A stretch of DNA of 64,000 nucleotides from an uncultured bacterium (GTDB lineage: Bacteria; Patescibacteriota; Minisyncoccia; UBA6257; GWB1-50-10), in contig CAIKKG010000027.1 in NCBI GenBank assembly GCA_903827975.1, forward strand, positions 5,403 to 69,402. Reading direction: 5' to 3'. Each line of letters opens with the position of its first letter. Positions within the stretch are counted from its first letter, which is position 1. Positions 8,592 to 17,892 of this stretch are shown piece by piece. The notes under the pieces were generated by a model, which ran no database searches, was not told the DNA's origin, and worked only from the letters and a program-made list of their open reading frames with translations. The position numbers were made by a program, and so were the translations under genes.

Positions 8592-10139
8592 TTATAGCAT
8601 CAGCTGACTAATTAGACTCTCTCCAGTCATCTCATTAGGCTTTGGTATATTCATAAGCTCAAGAATTGTCGGAGCTACATCAGAAAGGAGACCAATTTTA
8701 GCTAGGTGTGGTGAGCTAGTAAGTGGAACCCTTCTTTTGAATTTTGGATCAACAAGGTAGAAGGGAACTGGGCTTGTATCGTGTCGTGTTTCTGGTCCAC
8801 CAGTAGCGAGATCTATTAAGACCTCAGCATTGCCATGGTCTGATGTAATAATAAGCGTGTGACCTCCTTTTACAGCAACATCAAAAAGTCGCGAGAGTTC
8901 TTTATCTATTATTTTTATTGCTGCTAGTGTGGCGTCAAAATTTCCAGTGTGCGCCAAAATATCAGGGTTTGCATAATTTAATACAATAAAATCAAAAGCA
9001 CCCTCGTTTATCGCGTTTATCGCGCGCTCAGTTATTGAGGCGGCCATCATCTCAGGGCGTGTTTCAGGGTGAAGTGTGTCTATAGAAGGAACAAGTACAT
9101 GAAACTCATCGTTATTTAGCTTGTCACTTAGACCATTAAAGAAATAAGTTACGTGAGCATATTTCTGTGTCTCGGCAATGTGCAACTGCCTCAGACCATG
9201 ATCCGAAATAACCTTACTAAGTGACTCAGTAATTTTTTCGTTTGGAAAGGCAACATGGGCGACAGGTGATTCAGTGTAACCAGTCATTGTTGCTATATAG
9301 GTATTCTCCAATTTTTTTGTTGGAAACTTATCGAACTCAGCATTTAGAAATGTTGATGATATCTGACGCATGCTGTCTTCGCGGTAATTAAAGAAGATAA
9401 CAGAATCATTTGACTTAATTGGATGTGGCTCTGTAATTGTTGCTGGTTCAATATACTCATCATTGAAACCATGTTTATATGCAGACTCAACTACATCTTC
9501 AAATTTTTGTATAATTGGTTTCTCCTCGGTTAGAATCTCATACGCCTTTTGCGTTCTCTCCCAATGATCGTCACGATTCATCGCGTAGTATCTGCCCATT
9601 ATGCTTACTATTTCTCCAACGCCAAAGTCAGCAATTTTAGAGCGCACATATAATATGAGTTCTTCGGCAGATTTTGGTGGGCTATCGCGTCCATCTGTAA
9701 TAACGTGGATATAAAGTTTCTTACAATTTTCGCGCGAGGCCATATCAATAAGCGCTCCGATGTGCTGAAGGGAGGCGTGAACATTTCCTTTTGTCATCAG
9801 ACCTATTAGATGAACAGCCGAATCATTTTTTTCCGCGTGCGTAAAAGCTCCGTGCAAGGCCTCGTTTTTGAAAAACTCACCAGACTCAATCGAAAGTGTA
9901 ATTTTTGGATAGTGCTGATAAATTATGCGTCCAGTGCCAATTGTGAGGTGGCCGACCTCACTATTACCCTCTTCTTCCCATGGGAGCCCAATAGCAATGC
10001 CAGATGCCTGTAGGGCACCAGATGGATAATTCTTTTCAATTAAATCTATTGTTTTTGGATGTGCAGCATAGATTGGATTTGATTCATCCATAAGACCAAT
10101 GCCCCAACCATCAAGAATCGCGAGTACTACAGTTTTTTT
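8592..10139 (-). CDS. gpmI: 2,3-bisphosphoglycerate-independent phosphoglycerate mutase
   Basis: Motifs GNSEVGHLTIGTGRI and ITSDHGNAE. Start chosen at MKKTVVLAILDGWG, the conserved iPGM N-terminus. Confidence 0.85.
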   Translation of the reverse strand, partial: KKTVVLAILDGWGIGLMDESNPIYAAHPKTIDLIEKNYPSGALQASGIAIGLPWEEEGNSEVGHLTIGTGRIIYQHYPKITLSIESGEFFKNEALHGAFTHAEKNDSAVHLIGLMTKGNVHASLQHIGALIDMASRENCKKLYIHVITDGRDSPPKSAEELILYVRSKIADFGVGEIVSIMGRYYAMNRDDHWERTQKAYEILTEEKPIIQKFEDVVESAYKHGFNDEYIEPATITEPHPIKSNDSVIFFNYREDSMRQISSTFLNAEFDKFPTKKLENTYIATMTGYTESPVAHVAFPNEKITESLSKVISDHGLRQLHIAETQKYAHVTYFFNGLSDKLNNDEFHVLVPSIDTLHPETRPEMMAASITERAINAINEGAFDFIVLNYANPDILAHTGNFDATLAAIKIIDKELSRLFDVAVKGGHTLIITSDHGNAEVLIDLATGGPETRHDTSPVPFYLVDPKFKRRVPLTSSPHLAKIGLLSDVAPTILELMNIPKPNEMTGESLISQLML

Positions 10140-10236
10140 CATTCTATTCATACTATTATAAGCGATAATTGCTAACTCACAATGCAGTGCTATAATTACA
10201 CAAGTAACCAAACCGCTCTTTTATAAAGGGGGATAT

Positions 10237-10434
10237 ATGAAAAGGCTGTTTTACCAGGCTAAGGCAATCCTTTGGTTTCTTGCATTTATGTCCTTTGCGT
10301 TTATTTTTCCAGTATACGCATTATCAGGATTAATCTCTTTTATTTTTGAATTCTCTTGGTTGGTCTGTTTATTTTCTGCTTTAATGGTTTATTTCTTATT
10401 CATCTCCTTAATTTCGTATAATTCTCTTCCTTAG
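10237..10434 (+). CDS. small hydrophobic membrane protein (hypothetical)
   Basis: Strong RBS aaagggggatat before the ATG. Followed by a terminator at 10456-10483. Confidence 0.35.
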   Translation: MKRLFYQAKAILWFLAFMSFAFIFPVYALSGLISFIFEFSWLVCLFSALMVYFLFISLISYNSLP

Positions 10435-10493
10435 ATATTTCGGTATTTTTTTAAAACCCGGGCGCAAATGTGTCCGGGTTTTTAATTTGGGTT

Positions 10494-10523
10494 TTGACAC
10501 TCAGGGGTCCCTGGATTTATACT
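10494..10523 (+). promoter_or_regulatory. sigma70-like promoter TTGACA-N18-TATACT upstream of rny
   Basis: TTGACA at 10494-10499 and TATACT at 10518-10523. Confidence 0.45.
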
Positions 10524-10582
10524 AAATAAGCAAAAGTCGAAAATTTGCACGTGGATGAAAACAAACTTATTTAACACTATTT

Positions 10583-12106
10583 ATGGAATTTACTCCCTTA
10601 CTGACGGGGGGTCTTGTGGTTTTGGCACTTGCTGGAGGATTCGTCCTCCGAATTTGGGTAGCAAAGCGCTCTAAGCATTCATTAGAGCAGACAATTAAAG
10701 CAGAGCTAGAATCCGCTAGGTCCGAGGCTAAAGAGGTTGTTCTTGAGGCAAAAAATAAAGCTGCATCAATTGTTGATGAGGCACAGAAGGAAGAGCGCGA
10801 CCGCAAACAGGAATTGCGCCGCGTTGAAGAGCGTTTGGTAAAAAAAGAGGATTCATTAGATGTGGATCGTCGCGCAATTGAAGTTGAGGAAAAACATATT
10901 AAAGAGGAGTTAGCCAGAGTGGTTACACTTGAGGCCGATGTTAAAGGTGCTCATGAAAAAATAATAAAGGAGATGGAGCGGGTTGGTCAGCTTACTCGCG
11001 AGGAGGCGAGGACCGCAATAACAAAAGAGTTTGAGGATGCTCATAGAGATGAGCTTGCAAAAATGATTGGTAGGTTGGAGAGGGAGAAGTATGATGAGAT
11101 ACAGAAGAAGAGTGTTGATATTATGACAACGGCTATTCAACGCTATTCTCGTGAGTGTGTTAATGATGTGACAACAAGTGTTGTTCCACTTCCAAACGAA
11201 GAAATAAAAGGAAAGATTATTGGAAGAGAGGGTAGGAACATTCGCGCATTTGAGAGACTAACCGGAGTTGAGGTTATTGTTGATGATTCTCCTGAAAACT
11301 TAATCATCTCCTCATTTGATCCATTTAGACGTGAGCTTGCAAAAATCGCATTAGAAAAACTTTTGAAGGATGGACGTATTCAACCTGCAAAAATTGAGGA
11401 GAAGGTTGAGGAGGCACATCGCGAGCTAGATGAGCGCGTAAGAAAAATTGGTGAGGAGGCCGCATTTGAAGTTGGGGTTTTGGATATTCCAAAAGAAATT
11501 ATTCCAGTCCTTGGCCGTTTAAATTTTAGAACCAGTTATGGACAGAATGTGTTGCAGCACTCTATCGAGATGGCACACATCGCTTCTATGATTGCGACTG
11601 ATCTTGGGCTTAATGTTATGGTTACAAAAAAGGCAGCACTTTTGCATGACATTGGTAAAGCTATGAGTCATGAAATTGAGGGGACTCATGTTGAGATTGG
11701 TAGGAAGCTTTTGAAAAAGTATAACGTTGATGAGGCAGTAATAAGAGCAATGGAATCACACCATGAGGAGTTTCCATTTTCTTCACCCGAGTCTTATGTT
11801 GTTACAGCAGCAGACGCAATATCAGCAGGAAGGCCTGGTGCACGCAGAGATACACTAGAGAAATATATTAAGCGCTTAGAAGATATTGAGAAGGTTGTTA
11901 AAACATTTGACGGAGTTAAGCAGGCATATGCAATATCAGCAGGAAGAGAGGTCAGGGTGTTCGTTGTCCCTGAAAAAATTGATGATTTTGGAGCATTCCA
12001 GATTGCAAAACAGATTGCTTCTAAGATTAAATCTGATGTCCAATTTCCTGGTGAGATTAAGGTCACAGTATTGCGTGAGGTGCGCGCTGTTGAGTACGCA
12101 AGATAG
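10583..12106 (+). CDS. rny: ribonuclease Y
   Basis: N-terminal TM helix, coiled coil, KH domain (GREGRNIRAFE), HD domain (LLHDIGK). Confidence 0.85.
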   Translation: MEFTPLLTGGLVVLALAGGFVLRIWVAKRSKHSLEQTIKAELESARSEAKEVVLEAKNKAASIVDEAQKEERDRKQELRRVEERLVKKEDSLDVDRRAIEVEEKHIKEELARVVTLEADVKGAHEKIIKEMERVGQLTREEARTAITKEFEDAHRDELAKMIGRLEREKYDEIQKKSVDIMTTAIQRYSRECVNDVTTSVVPLPNEEIKGKIIGREGRNIRAFERLTGVEVIVDDSPENLIISSFDPFRRELAKIALEKLLKDGRIQPAKIEEKVEEAHRELDERVRKIGEEAAFEVGVLDIPKEIIPVLGRLNFRTSYGQNVLQHSIEMAHIASMIATDLGLNVMVTKKAALLHDIGKAMSHEIEGTHVEIGRKLLKKYNVDEAVIRAMESHHEEFPFSSPESYVVTAADAISAGRPGARRDTLEKYIKRLEDIEKVVKTFDGVKQAYAISAGREVRVFVVPEKIDDFGAFQIAKQIASKIKSDVQFPGEIKVTVLREVRAVEYAR

Positions 12107-12219
12107 TCGTTATTTGTGCACGACATAAAAAGCGTGTAAAATACAAGGGAATTTGGTATAATACAACCAATCGAAAGGTCGAGACTGATTAATCATTAAA
12201 ACAATAGCTATTATATTTT

Positions 12220-12495
12220 ATGAAGAAAGATGGAATCGTAGAAGCCGTAATGAACGCGGCAGGTATTGAAACAAAGAAGCAGGCAACAGCAGCAGTTGAG
12301 GCAGTATTTGAGACAATCATCAAAACACTTGGCCGCGGCGAAGAAGTTGCATACACAGGCTTTGGTACATTTAAAGTTGCAAAGCGCGCAGCTCGCATGG
12401 GTGTTAACCCAAAGACAGGCGAGAAGATTCAGATCAAGGCATCAACAAAGCCAAAATTCCGCGCAGGAAAACTTTTAAAGGAGGCAGTACTTTAA
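12220..12495 (+). CDS. hup: DNA-binding protein HU
   Basis: 91 aa. GFGTFKV...R.GRNPKTGE..I pattern. Confidence 0.85.
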   Translation: MKKDGIVEAVMNAAGIETKKQATAAVEAVFETIIKTLGRGEEVAYTGFGTFKVAKRAARMGVNPKTGEKIQIKASTKPKFRAGKLLKEAVL

Positions 12496-12526
12496 TTTTA
12501 GGATTAAAGAATAAAGAAAGAACATC

Positions 12527-12555
12527 AAAATCCCGCATTTAATGCGGGATTTTGT
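12527..12555 (+). terminator. rho-independent terminator
   Basis: aaaatcccgcatttaatgcgggatttt. Confidence 0.6.
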
Positions 12556-12627
12556 GTTGTATTTATCCATTGACGCGTCATCTTTTTTGCTGTTTACTCA
12601 TGACAGGACTTTTGATGGAGGTACGAT

Positions 12628-12864
12628 ATGTTAAGGGTAGTATATTTCCACTTCACGGAGCTCGAGACAAAAGTTCGTCTACCTCCCGAAGAGCATGAGA
12701 TTGATGATGAGGACGAGTTTGATGTCTTCACTTTTCAAGTGTTCTTGGCAAAGATTGGTGTTCGCAGTATGCAACCCTTTACTCGTAATGGTAAGAAGAT
12801 GCTCTTGGCATTTATTACCGACGAAAAAGGGAACCAACTCTTTTACAATGCACATAACTTTTAA
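12628..12864 (+). CDS. small acidic hypothetical protein
   Basis: RBS ggagg before the ATG. Terminator hairpin immediately downstream at 12872-12895. Confidence 0.4.
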   Translation: MLRVVYFHFTELETKVRLPPEEHEIDDEDEFDVFTFQVFLAKIGVRSMQPFTRNGKKMLLAFITDEKGNQLFYNAHNF

Positions 12865-12944
12865 GAGGCGAACTTACAAATCCGCCTCTTTTTTATACCA
12901 TTAATATATGACAAAGAGGTTTTAAAAAAATATACTTATATACG

Positions 12945-13409
12945 ATGTTTAATCTAACCATTATTGCTGTTGGGGGAATAAGAAACTCTTATTTTAAGGA
13001 GGCGGTAAATGAATATTTAAAACGCATAAAACCATTTGCAAAAGTTGAGATTATTGAAGTTGCTGCAACCCCATTTAAGAGTGATGGGGAGATAACACGT
13101 GCTAAGGAAAAGGAGGGGGATTTGATTATAAGTGTTATAGAAAAGAAGCAGGGTGATGTATTCATTCTTGATGAACTTGGAAAGGAGTTGAATTCAGAAG
13201 AATTTTCAAATTTTATTACTACAAGGAACAAGCAGATAATATTTGTAATCGGTGGCACTGCTGGATTGTCAGACAAGTTAAAAAAAGGCTATAAATCAAT
13301 CTCTCTATCAAGACTTACGATGCCACACGAGCTTGTTCGCGTATTATTGCTGGAGCAGGTGTATCGCTCTGTTACGATGCAACAAAAGCGAAATAAATAT
13401 AATTATTGA
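12945..13409 (+). CDS. rlmH: 23S rRNA (pseudouridine1915-N3)-methyltransferase RlmH
   Basis: SPOUT family. C-terminal LTMPHELVRVLLLEQVYRS matches the RlmH motif. Confidence 0.75.
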   Translation: MFNLTIIAVGGIRNSYFKEAVNEYLKRIKPFAKVEIIEVAATPFKSDGEITRAKEKEGDLIISVIEKKQGDVFILDELGKELNSEEFSNFITTRNKQIIFVIGGTAGLSDKLKKGYKSISLSRLTMPHELVRVLLLEQVYRSVTMQQKRNKYNY

Positions 13410-13417
13410 CCTATAAC

Positions 13418-13447
13418 TTAAATCCCCGCCATCAGGCGGGGATTTAA
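13418..13447. terminator. bidirectional terminator between convergent genes
   Basis: ttaaatccccgccatcaggcggggatttaa. Confidence 0.55.
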
Positions 13448-13448
13448 G

Positions 13449-14339
13449 TTACTTGAGGAGTCTCCTCACAAGACTGCTCATGTCAATAAAGATTTTGTAG
13501 GCATCCCTTATTTTTAATGAGGAATCCTTTACAATATCTCTTATTGATTTGGGTTGGGGCAGATCGCCACTTAGAGTACTGGTGGCGTTATCACCGGTTA
13601 AATTATTGCTTATAATAGCTTCTTTATTAATATCCGTAATTTCACTTGATGTTGCAGTACTCGTGCTCACGGTTATAAATGTATCAAAGAATGATGTGTG
13701 AGCCTCTTTGATTATTACATCACCAGCAGATACAAGTGTGTTTGCGTTCTGCAACATTTTTCGAGCAGAATCAATATTTTTTACCTTCACTTTTTCTAGT
13801 TTTTTGATGTCCTCATCAATTTTCTGATAGCGAGACTTGGCCATATCTACTGTTTTTTCCTGCTGATCTATGAGCAGGTAATCACGAACCTCATTTAGAG
13901 TAGGTAGGTAATTTTCCTCTCGCCATGCTTTGAAATTCTCAGCAATGTTCTTAACCTCTATAGCCGTTAAATCACTTACGTTGTTATCAATGTTTTTATT
14001 TTGTGCTTCAAAATAGCTTATAACTGATACAAACTCATTAAGTTTTGATGTCTGCCATGATAGCTCGTCTCCAGCAAGATTTTTTATAGCACTCAATTTT
14101 GCGCTTGAGTCTTTTGCTTCTGCAATAGATAGGCTAATAGCCTGTTTTAATGTTTGTATACGAAGAGAGAGTTCATCACTCTTTTTTCCATCCTTTGACG
14201 ATACAAGACTATCTATAGTTTCCTTAGCACTCTCCATCGCTTTTTTAACGCCAGTTGATTGTGCGGATGCGAAAGAGGGTATCACTGTACTTATGGCGAT
14301 TATCGCAAGAATGGCGAATTTTGATGTTTGTCTTTTCAT
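13449..14339 (-). CDS. secreted coiled-coil hypothetical protein (last gene of the ECF sigma operon)
   Basis: Signal peptide MKRQTSKFAILAIIAISTVIPSFASA. Confidence 0.5.
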   Translation of the reverse strand: MKRQTSKFAILAIIAISTVIPSFASAQSTGVKKAMESAKETIDSLVSSKDGKKSDELSLRIQTLKQAISLSIAEAKDSSAKLSAIKNLAGDELSWQTSKLNEFVSVISYFEAQNKNIDNNVSDLTAIEVKNIAENFKAWREENYLPTLNEVRDYLLIDQQEKTVDMAKSRYQKIDEDIKKLEKVKVKNIDSARKMLQNANTLVSAGDVIIKEAHTSFFDTFITVSTSTATSSEITDINKEAIISNNLTGDNATSTLSGDLPQPKSIRDIVKDSSLKIRDAYKIFIDMSSLVRRLLK

Positions 14340-14343
14340 TTTA

Positions 14344-14826
14344 TTAATTGATTACTTGGTTTAAAAGTGTATCGACATTTTTTGCACCAGTATCATCAAT
14401 TGATGCGTTTTTTTGTGCTTCTGAATTAATTAAATCAGAATTTAAGTGACTTGTTTTTGTATCGCTAACCTCACTTATTGCAGATGAGATTGTCTGGCTT
14501 ACTGTCTGCTCATAGGTTATCTCTTTAAGCTGAATATTTATAGGCAGATTTCCGTACTCACCAATAAGCGTTTCTGGACTAAGTGATGCTGAAAGCGTTG
14601 GCTTTGGGAATGCCAACGGCACAGCTACAATAATTAATAAAAGAATCGCTGTAAGTCCGGCGCCGCTTAATGCCCACGCATTACGGGAAAATGAAAACCT
14701 TGGAAGTGAAAAAGATGATTCACGAATATCACGATTTCCGATAATCGCATATTTAGCGCGAATAGCAAAATCACGATCAGGTTCAATCGTTCTTAATTGC
14801 TTTAATTGTTCTTTAATGTTTATCAT
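14344..14826 (-). CDS. putative anti-sigma factor (single TM)
   Basis: Overlaps the 3' end of the sigma gene by 14 nt. One central TM segment. Confidence 0.45.
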   Translation of the reverse strand: MINIKEQLKQLRTIEPDRDFAIRAKYAIIGNRDIRESSFSLPRFSFSRNAWALSGAGLTAILLLIIVAVPLAFPKPTLSASLSPETLIGEYGNLPINIQLKEITYEQTVSQTISSAISEVSDTKTSHLNSDLINSEAQKNASIDDTGAKNVDTLLNQVIN

Positions 14827-15355
14827 CTAATTTTTCCTTTAGTTGTTTTAATGCTCTGTGCTGAATAACTCTAACAGCCCCCTCAGTCTTTCCCATTATC
14901 TCTGCTATCTCACCATTTGAAAGTTCTTCAACGAATTTCATGAGAAGCACGTTCTGCTGATCTGTTTCAAGTTTCGCAAGTGCAACCTTCACCACTCCTA
15001 TATCAATCGCCGTATCTATCCTATCCTCATCCCCAGGGCTTTCAGAGAAGAATTCCTCTGGTACCTGATCAATACTTATGTTTGGTTTGGAAGTCCGGTA
15101 AAAATCAATCACTGCATTTCCGGCTATCCTATATAACCAACTTGAGAAGGGGAATCCCTTAAACTCGTAGTTTGCTATATTTTGCCAAGCGCTCGAAAAG
15201 ACCTGTTGCGTTATATCCTCGGCATCCTGTTTTCTCTGAACCTTTAAAAAAACGAATCTGTATATCTTCGCAAGGTGCAGATCATATAGTTTGCCAAAGG
15301 CGGCGCCATCGCCGTTCTTCGCCTTTTCAATGAGCAATTGTTCTTCGTCTTTCAT
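14813..15355 (-). CDS. RNA polymerase ECF-type sigma-70 factor
   Basis: Region 2 (DITQQVFSSAWQNI...WLYRIAGNAVIDFYR) and region 4 HTH (LSNGEIAEIMGKTEGAVRVIQHRALKQL). Start placed at MKDEEQ. Confidence 0.75.
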   Translation of the reverse strand: MKDEEQLLIEKAKNGDGAAFGKLYDLHLAKIYRFVFLKVQRKQDAEDITQQVFSSAWQNIANYEFKGFPFSSWLYRIAGNAVIDFYRTSKPNISIDQVPEEFFSESPGDEDRIDTAIDIGVVKVALAKLETDQQNVLLMKFVEELSNGEIAEIMGKTEGAVRVIQHRALKQLKEKLDDKH

Positions 15356-15645
15356 ATATAGAACGAATAAGTTTAGATTTTGTTTCGCCAATGTGGCATA
15401 AACACTATTTGTTACATAGGAGTAATTTGTAACGCCTTGTAACACAACCTATTTCGAACTTAATTTTAGCAAAATAACGAGCATTAGTCCATGTAAGTGC
15501 GAATTATGCTAGATAAATGCAGTGTAGTTGTAACTAGGTCTGTTTTTTGCCTTGCTATAAAAATAAGCCAAAAATATTTTGATTTTAACTTATTATCTTT
15601 TAAGTATTGTGGTCTGAGGTTGGGTTGCTAGAACCGACCAAATAT

Positions 15646-15812
15646 AAATCCCATAAATGGGGATTTCTTGGAGCGGGTAAGGGGAATCTCCTTCGCCTCT
15701 CAACTCGTCGTCACTCATCTCGGGCTAGGCACCGCCTCACTGTGTGCACTACTGAGTGCACACAGTTCCGGCGTCCGATTCCCCTAAGCAAAATCCCCAT
15801 AAATGGGGATTT
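15646..15812 (-). repeat. tRNA-Gly-associated 3' module, core family 2 (copy D)
   Basis: Reading 5' to 3' on the minus strand, downstream of the tRNA: terminator 15812-15790, inverted T-arm copy (plus 15774-15785, tccgattcccct), core 15773-15691, direct repeat 15690-15668 (gattccccttacccgctccaag) and a duplicated terminator 15667-15646. Confidence 0.6.
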
Positions 15813-15814
15813 CT

Positions 15815-15888
15815 TGGAGCGGGTAAGGGGAATCGGACCCCTGGCGCCAGTTTGGAAAACTGGGGTATTACCACTATACGATACCCGC
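15815..15888 (-). tRNA. tRNA-Gly(TCC) with encoded CCA. T-loop reads TCCGATT (C at position 55)
   Basis: Minus strand GCGGGTA-TC-GTAT-AGTGGTA-ATAC-C-CCAGT-TTTCCAA-ACTGG-CGCC-AGGGG-TCCGATT-CCCCT-TACCCGC-TCCA. U73 discriminator is typical of Gly. Confidence 0.6.
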
Positions 15889-16013
15889 GACTCCTTGTTT
15901 GACTAGAATAGGATACAAAATTATTCGAGAACCCGCAAGATGTATAAGGGCCTAAATAATTGAATTAGTTTTGTTTTTGACTTATGATGGGTTGAGACAA
16001 ATAAGGTAAATAT

Positions 16014-16622
16014 ATGTTAAATAACAAGCAAACAAAGATGGTTGCGGTTGGCAGTGTGCTTTTCCTTGTGTTGCTTTTTACATCTCTATACTTCATGCGT
16101 AGTGGCGGCGGATCGCCAGAAGCAAATCTTCCTCAGACATTTTTGCTTTCGAGAAAAACAGCAGCACTTATTAGTCAGAATATTGTAGACCTCACAAATA
16201 AAACAGGTGAGAAAATTTCTTCTGCAAATACAGCAGACTTAGCAGGTGATAGAGCTCGAGCAAGTTCGCTTATTTTAGAGGCTCAAAATACGAATGTTGA
16301 AGCAAGTCGCGCCGCATCTCAATTGGCGGGACAGTTGAAAGTTCTTACTGAGTCACTTGCAACAATGAGTTCAGTGAGCAGTCAGAGACTTGCGTATGAA
16401 GCAGTTGCAACGGAGTTGGCATTGGTTTCTGAGTTTGTTGTTTATACGCAAAACTTAAATGAATTTTTGGAGAAACTTCTAGTGTCTATGGAAACCGATA
16501 CAAAAGTAAGTAAAGCGGACATCGCATCGTCTCTCACGGCTACAAATAAAAGCGCGAGAAAAATAAATTCACTGAATGCTGAGTTTAGCGACAGGATGGC
16601 GAAGTTAGATAAATCGTTCTAA
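16014..16622 (+). CDS. membrane-anchored hypothetical protein
   Basis: N-terminal TM. Terminator at 16631-16652. Confidence 0.45.
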   Translation: MLNNKQTKMVAVGSVLFLVLLFTSLYFMRSGGGSPEANLPQTFLLSRKTAALISQNIVDLTNKTGEKISSANTADLAGDRARASSLILEAQNTNVEASRAASQLAGQLKVLTESLATMSSVSSQRLAYEAVATELALVSEFVVYTQNLNEFLEKLLVSMETDTKVSKADIASSLTATNKSARKINSLNAEFSDRMAKLDKSF

Positions 16623-16660
16623 ATATCAAAAAAGCCCTTTCGGGCTTTTTTGATACTGTG

Positions 16661-16732
16661 TCCCCTCGGAGGGAATCGAACCCCCATCAAGACCTTAGAA
16701 GAGTCCTGCTTTATCCATTAAGCTACGAGGGG
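16661..16732 (-). tRNA. tRNA-Arg(TCT)
   Basis: Minus strand CCCCTCG-TA-GCTT-AATGGATA-AAGC-A-GGACT-CTTCTAA-GGTCT-TGAT-GGGGG-TTCGATT-CCCTC-CGAGGGG-A. Confidence 0.6.
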
Positions 16733-16788
16733 TTAATGAACAAAATTGATTCTAAACGAAAAGTAATGTAATTTAAAGACCTGTGGTT

Positions 16789-16859
16789 CGGAGCGTAGTA
16801 TACCGGCAGTACACCTACCTTGGGCGTAGGCAGACCGGGTTCAATTCCCGGCGCTCCGA
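16789..16859 (+). tRNA. tRNA-Pro(TGG), C1:G72
   Basis: CGGAGCG...CCTAC-CTTGGGC-GTAGG...CCGGG-TTCAATT-CCCGG-CGCTCCG-A. Confidence 0.7.
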
Positions 16860-16900
16860 CTAACAAAAAAATAAGACCTAATTCGGGTCTTATTTTTTAT

Positions 16901-17067
16901 CCCGCGCTGGGAATTGAACGGGAAGGGGGTCGGGGAAACAGGAGTTTCCACGTGGCGGAAGTATTGAAACCGCTGGGTTTCAAAAATTTTGCGAATACAA
17001 AATTTGTTTACTTCCCGGCGCTCCGACTAACAAAAAAATAAGACCTAATTCGGGTCTTATTTTTTTA
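16901..17067 (+). repeat. tRNA-Pro-associated 3' module, core family 1 (copy A)
   Basis: Terminator 16871-16898. Inverted copy of the tRNA 3' part, cccgcgctgggaattgaac, at 16901-16919. Core at 16920-17010. 55-bp direct repeat of the tRNA 3' end plus terminator at 17011-17067. Confidence 0.6.
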
Positions 17068-17114
17068 TCCTCATTTGGATTTTGTTAACACCTCAATAAA
17101 AAAAACTCAACGTA

Positions 17115-17888
17115 CTAACGCGTTGGCCTTTTAATTAATAGACTTATAAAGAATATCGCTGAACTTACGAGCGCGGTTGCGAAGCTCGGATTAATTGGAT
17201 AAATGCGTGATATTACGAGACCTGAGAGAAGTGCAATGACCGCAAGTCCAATACTAAGAGTTATAAATCCTTTAAATGACCCGGCAATGTTTTTTGCGGT
17301 TACTGATGGAATTATAAGAAGTGCACTCATTAGTAAAACTCCCACAAAACTAATTCCGACCGCGATTGTGAGTGCAATAAGAATAAGTAGTAGCAATTCC
17401 ATTTTTGGTTGAGAGATGCGAGATGATGTTGCAAGGTCTGGTGCAATTGATGATAGGGCGAGTGGTTTCAAAAGATAAAGAGCTGTTGCGATTATTCCGA
17501 TTGATATCACGGCCTGAGCTAGAGCCTGTTCTAGGGTTATATTTTGAGCATTGCCGAAAAATGCTTCTAGTAAATCTTGCTCTGGTATTAAGAGTGCGCC
17601 CAAGGAAAGTGCAGTTACAAATAGCACTCCAGTAATTGATTCAACGGCTAGCCTTGTTTTCATCTCTATATACCAAATAAGAAGAACACCAACAAATAGC
17701 AGTGCCACTCCACCAAACAAAGGATTAAATTTAAATACTATTCCAATTGCTATGCCTGGAAGTGCGACGTGTGAGAGTGCATCAGAAAGTAGCGTCATCT
17801 TTCTAAGTGTTAGAAGTGAACCTACAATTCCACTTGCTGCAGCAACTAGAATTCCCGAAAGAGTTGTTAGTGTTAAAAGTTCTGTCAT
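17115..17888 (-). CDS. metal ABC transporter permease (ABC-3/ZnuB-MntB-like)
   Basis: 257 aa, about 8 TM segments. Adjacent to the ATPase gene. Confidence 0.6.
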   Translation of the reverse strand: MTELLTLTTLSGILVAAASGIVGSLLTLRKMTLLSDALSHVALPGIAIGIVFKFNPLFGGVALLFVGVLLIWYIEMKTRLAVESITGVLFVTALSLGALLIPEQDLLEAFFGNAQNITLEQALAQAVISIGIIATALYLLKPLALSSIAPDLATSSRISQPKMELLLLILIALTIAVGISFVGVLLMSALLIIPSVTAKNIAGSFKGFITLSIGLAVIALLSGLVISRIYPINPSFATALVSSAIFFISLLIKRPTR

Positions 17889-17892
17889 GATA

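Noticed and set aside
15640-15900. Possible RNase P RNA or other housekeeping RNA, because of CTCGGGCT and ACAGTTCCGGCG strings reminiscent of P4
   Set aside because: The region resolves cleanly into a minus-strand tRNA-Gly plus a duplicated module. It is too short, and P4 complementarity is not satisfied.
15607-15906. 99-aa ORF in the six-frame track
   Set aside because: It spans tRNA-Gly and its repeat module. It is an artefact of the GC-rich RNA-like sequence.
16901-16980. Reading the family-1 cores as minus-strand tRNA genes because of gggaattgaac (reverse complement of a T-loop)
   Set aside because: The reverse complement has no acceptor/D/anticodon cloverleaf. The T-loop-like string is instead an exact inverted copy of the neighbouring tRNA's T-arm.
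16820-17041. 73-aa ORF in the six-frame track
   Set aside because: It lies entirely within tRNA-Pro and its downstream module. The residue composition is not protein-like.
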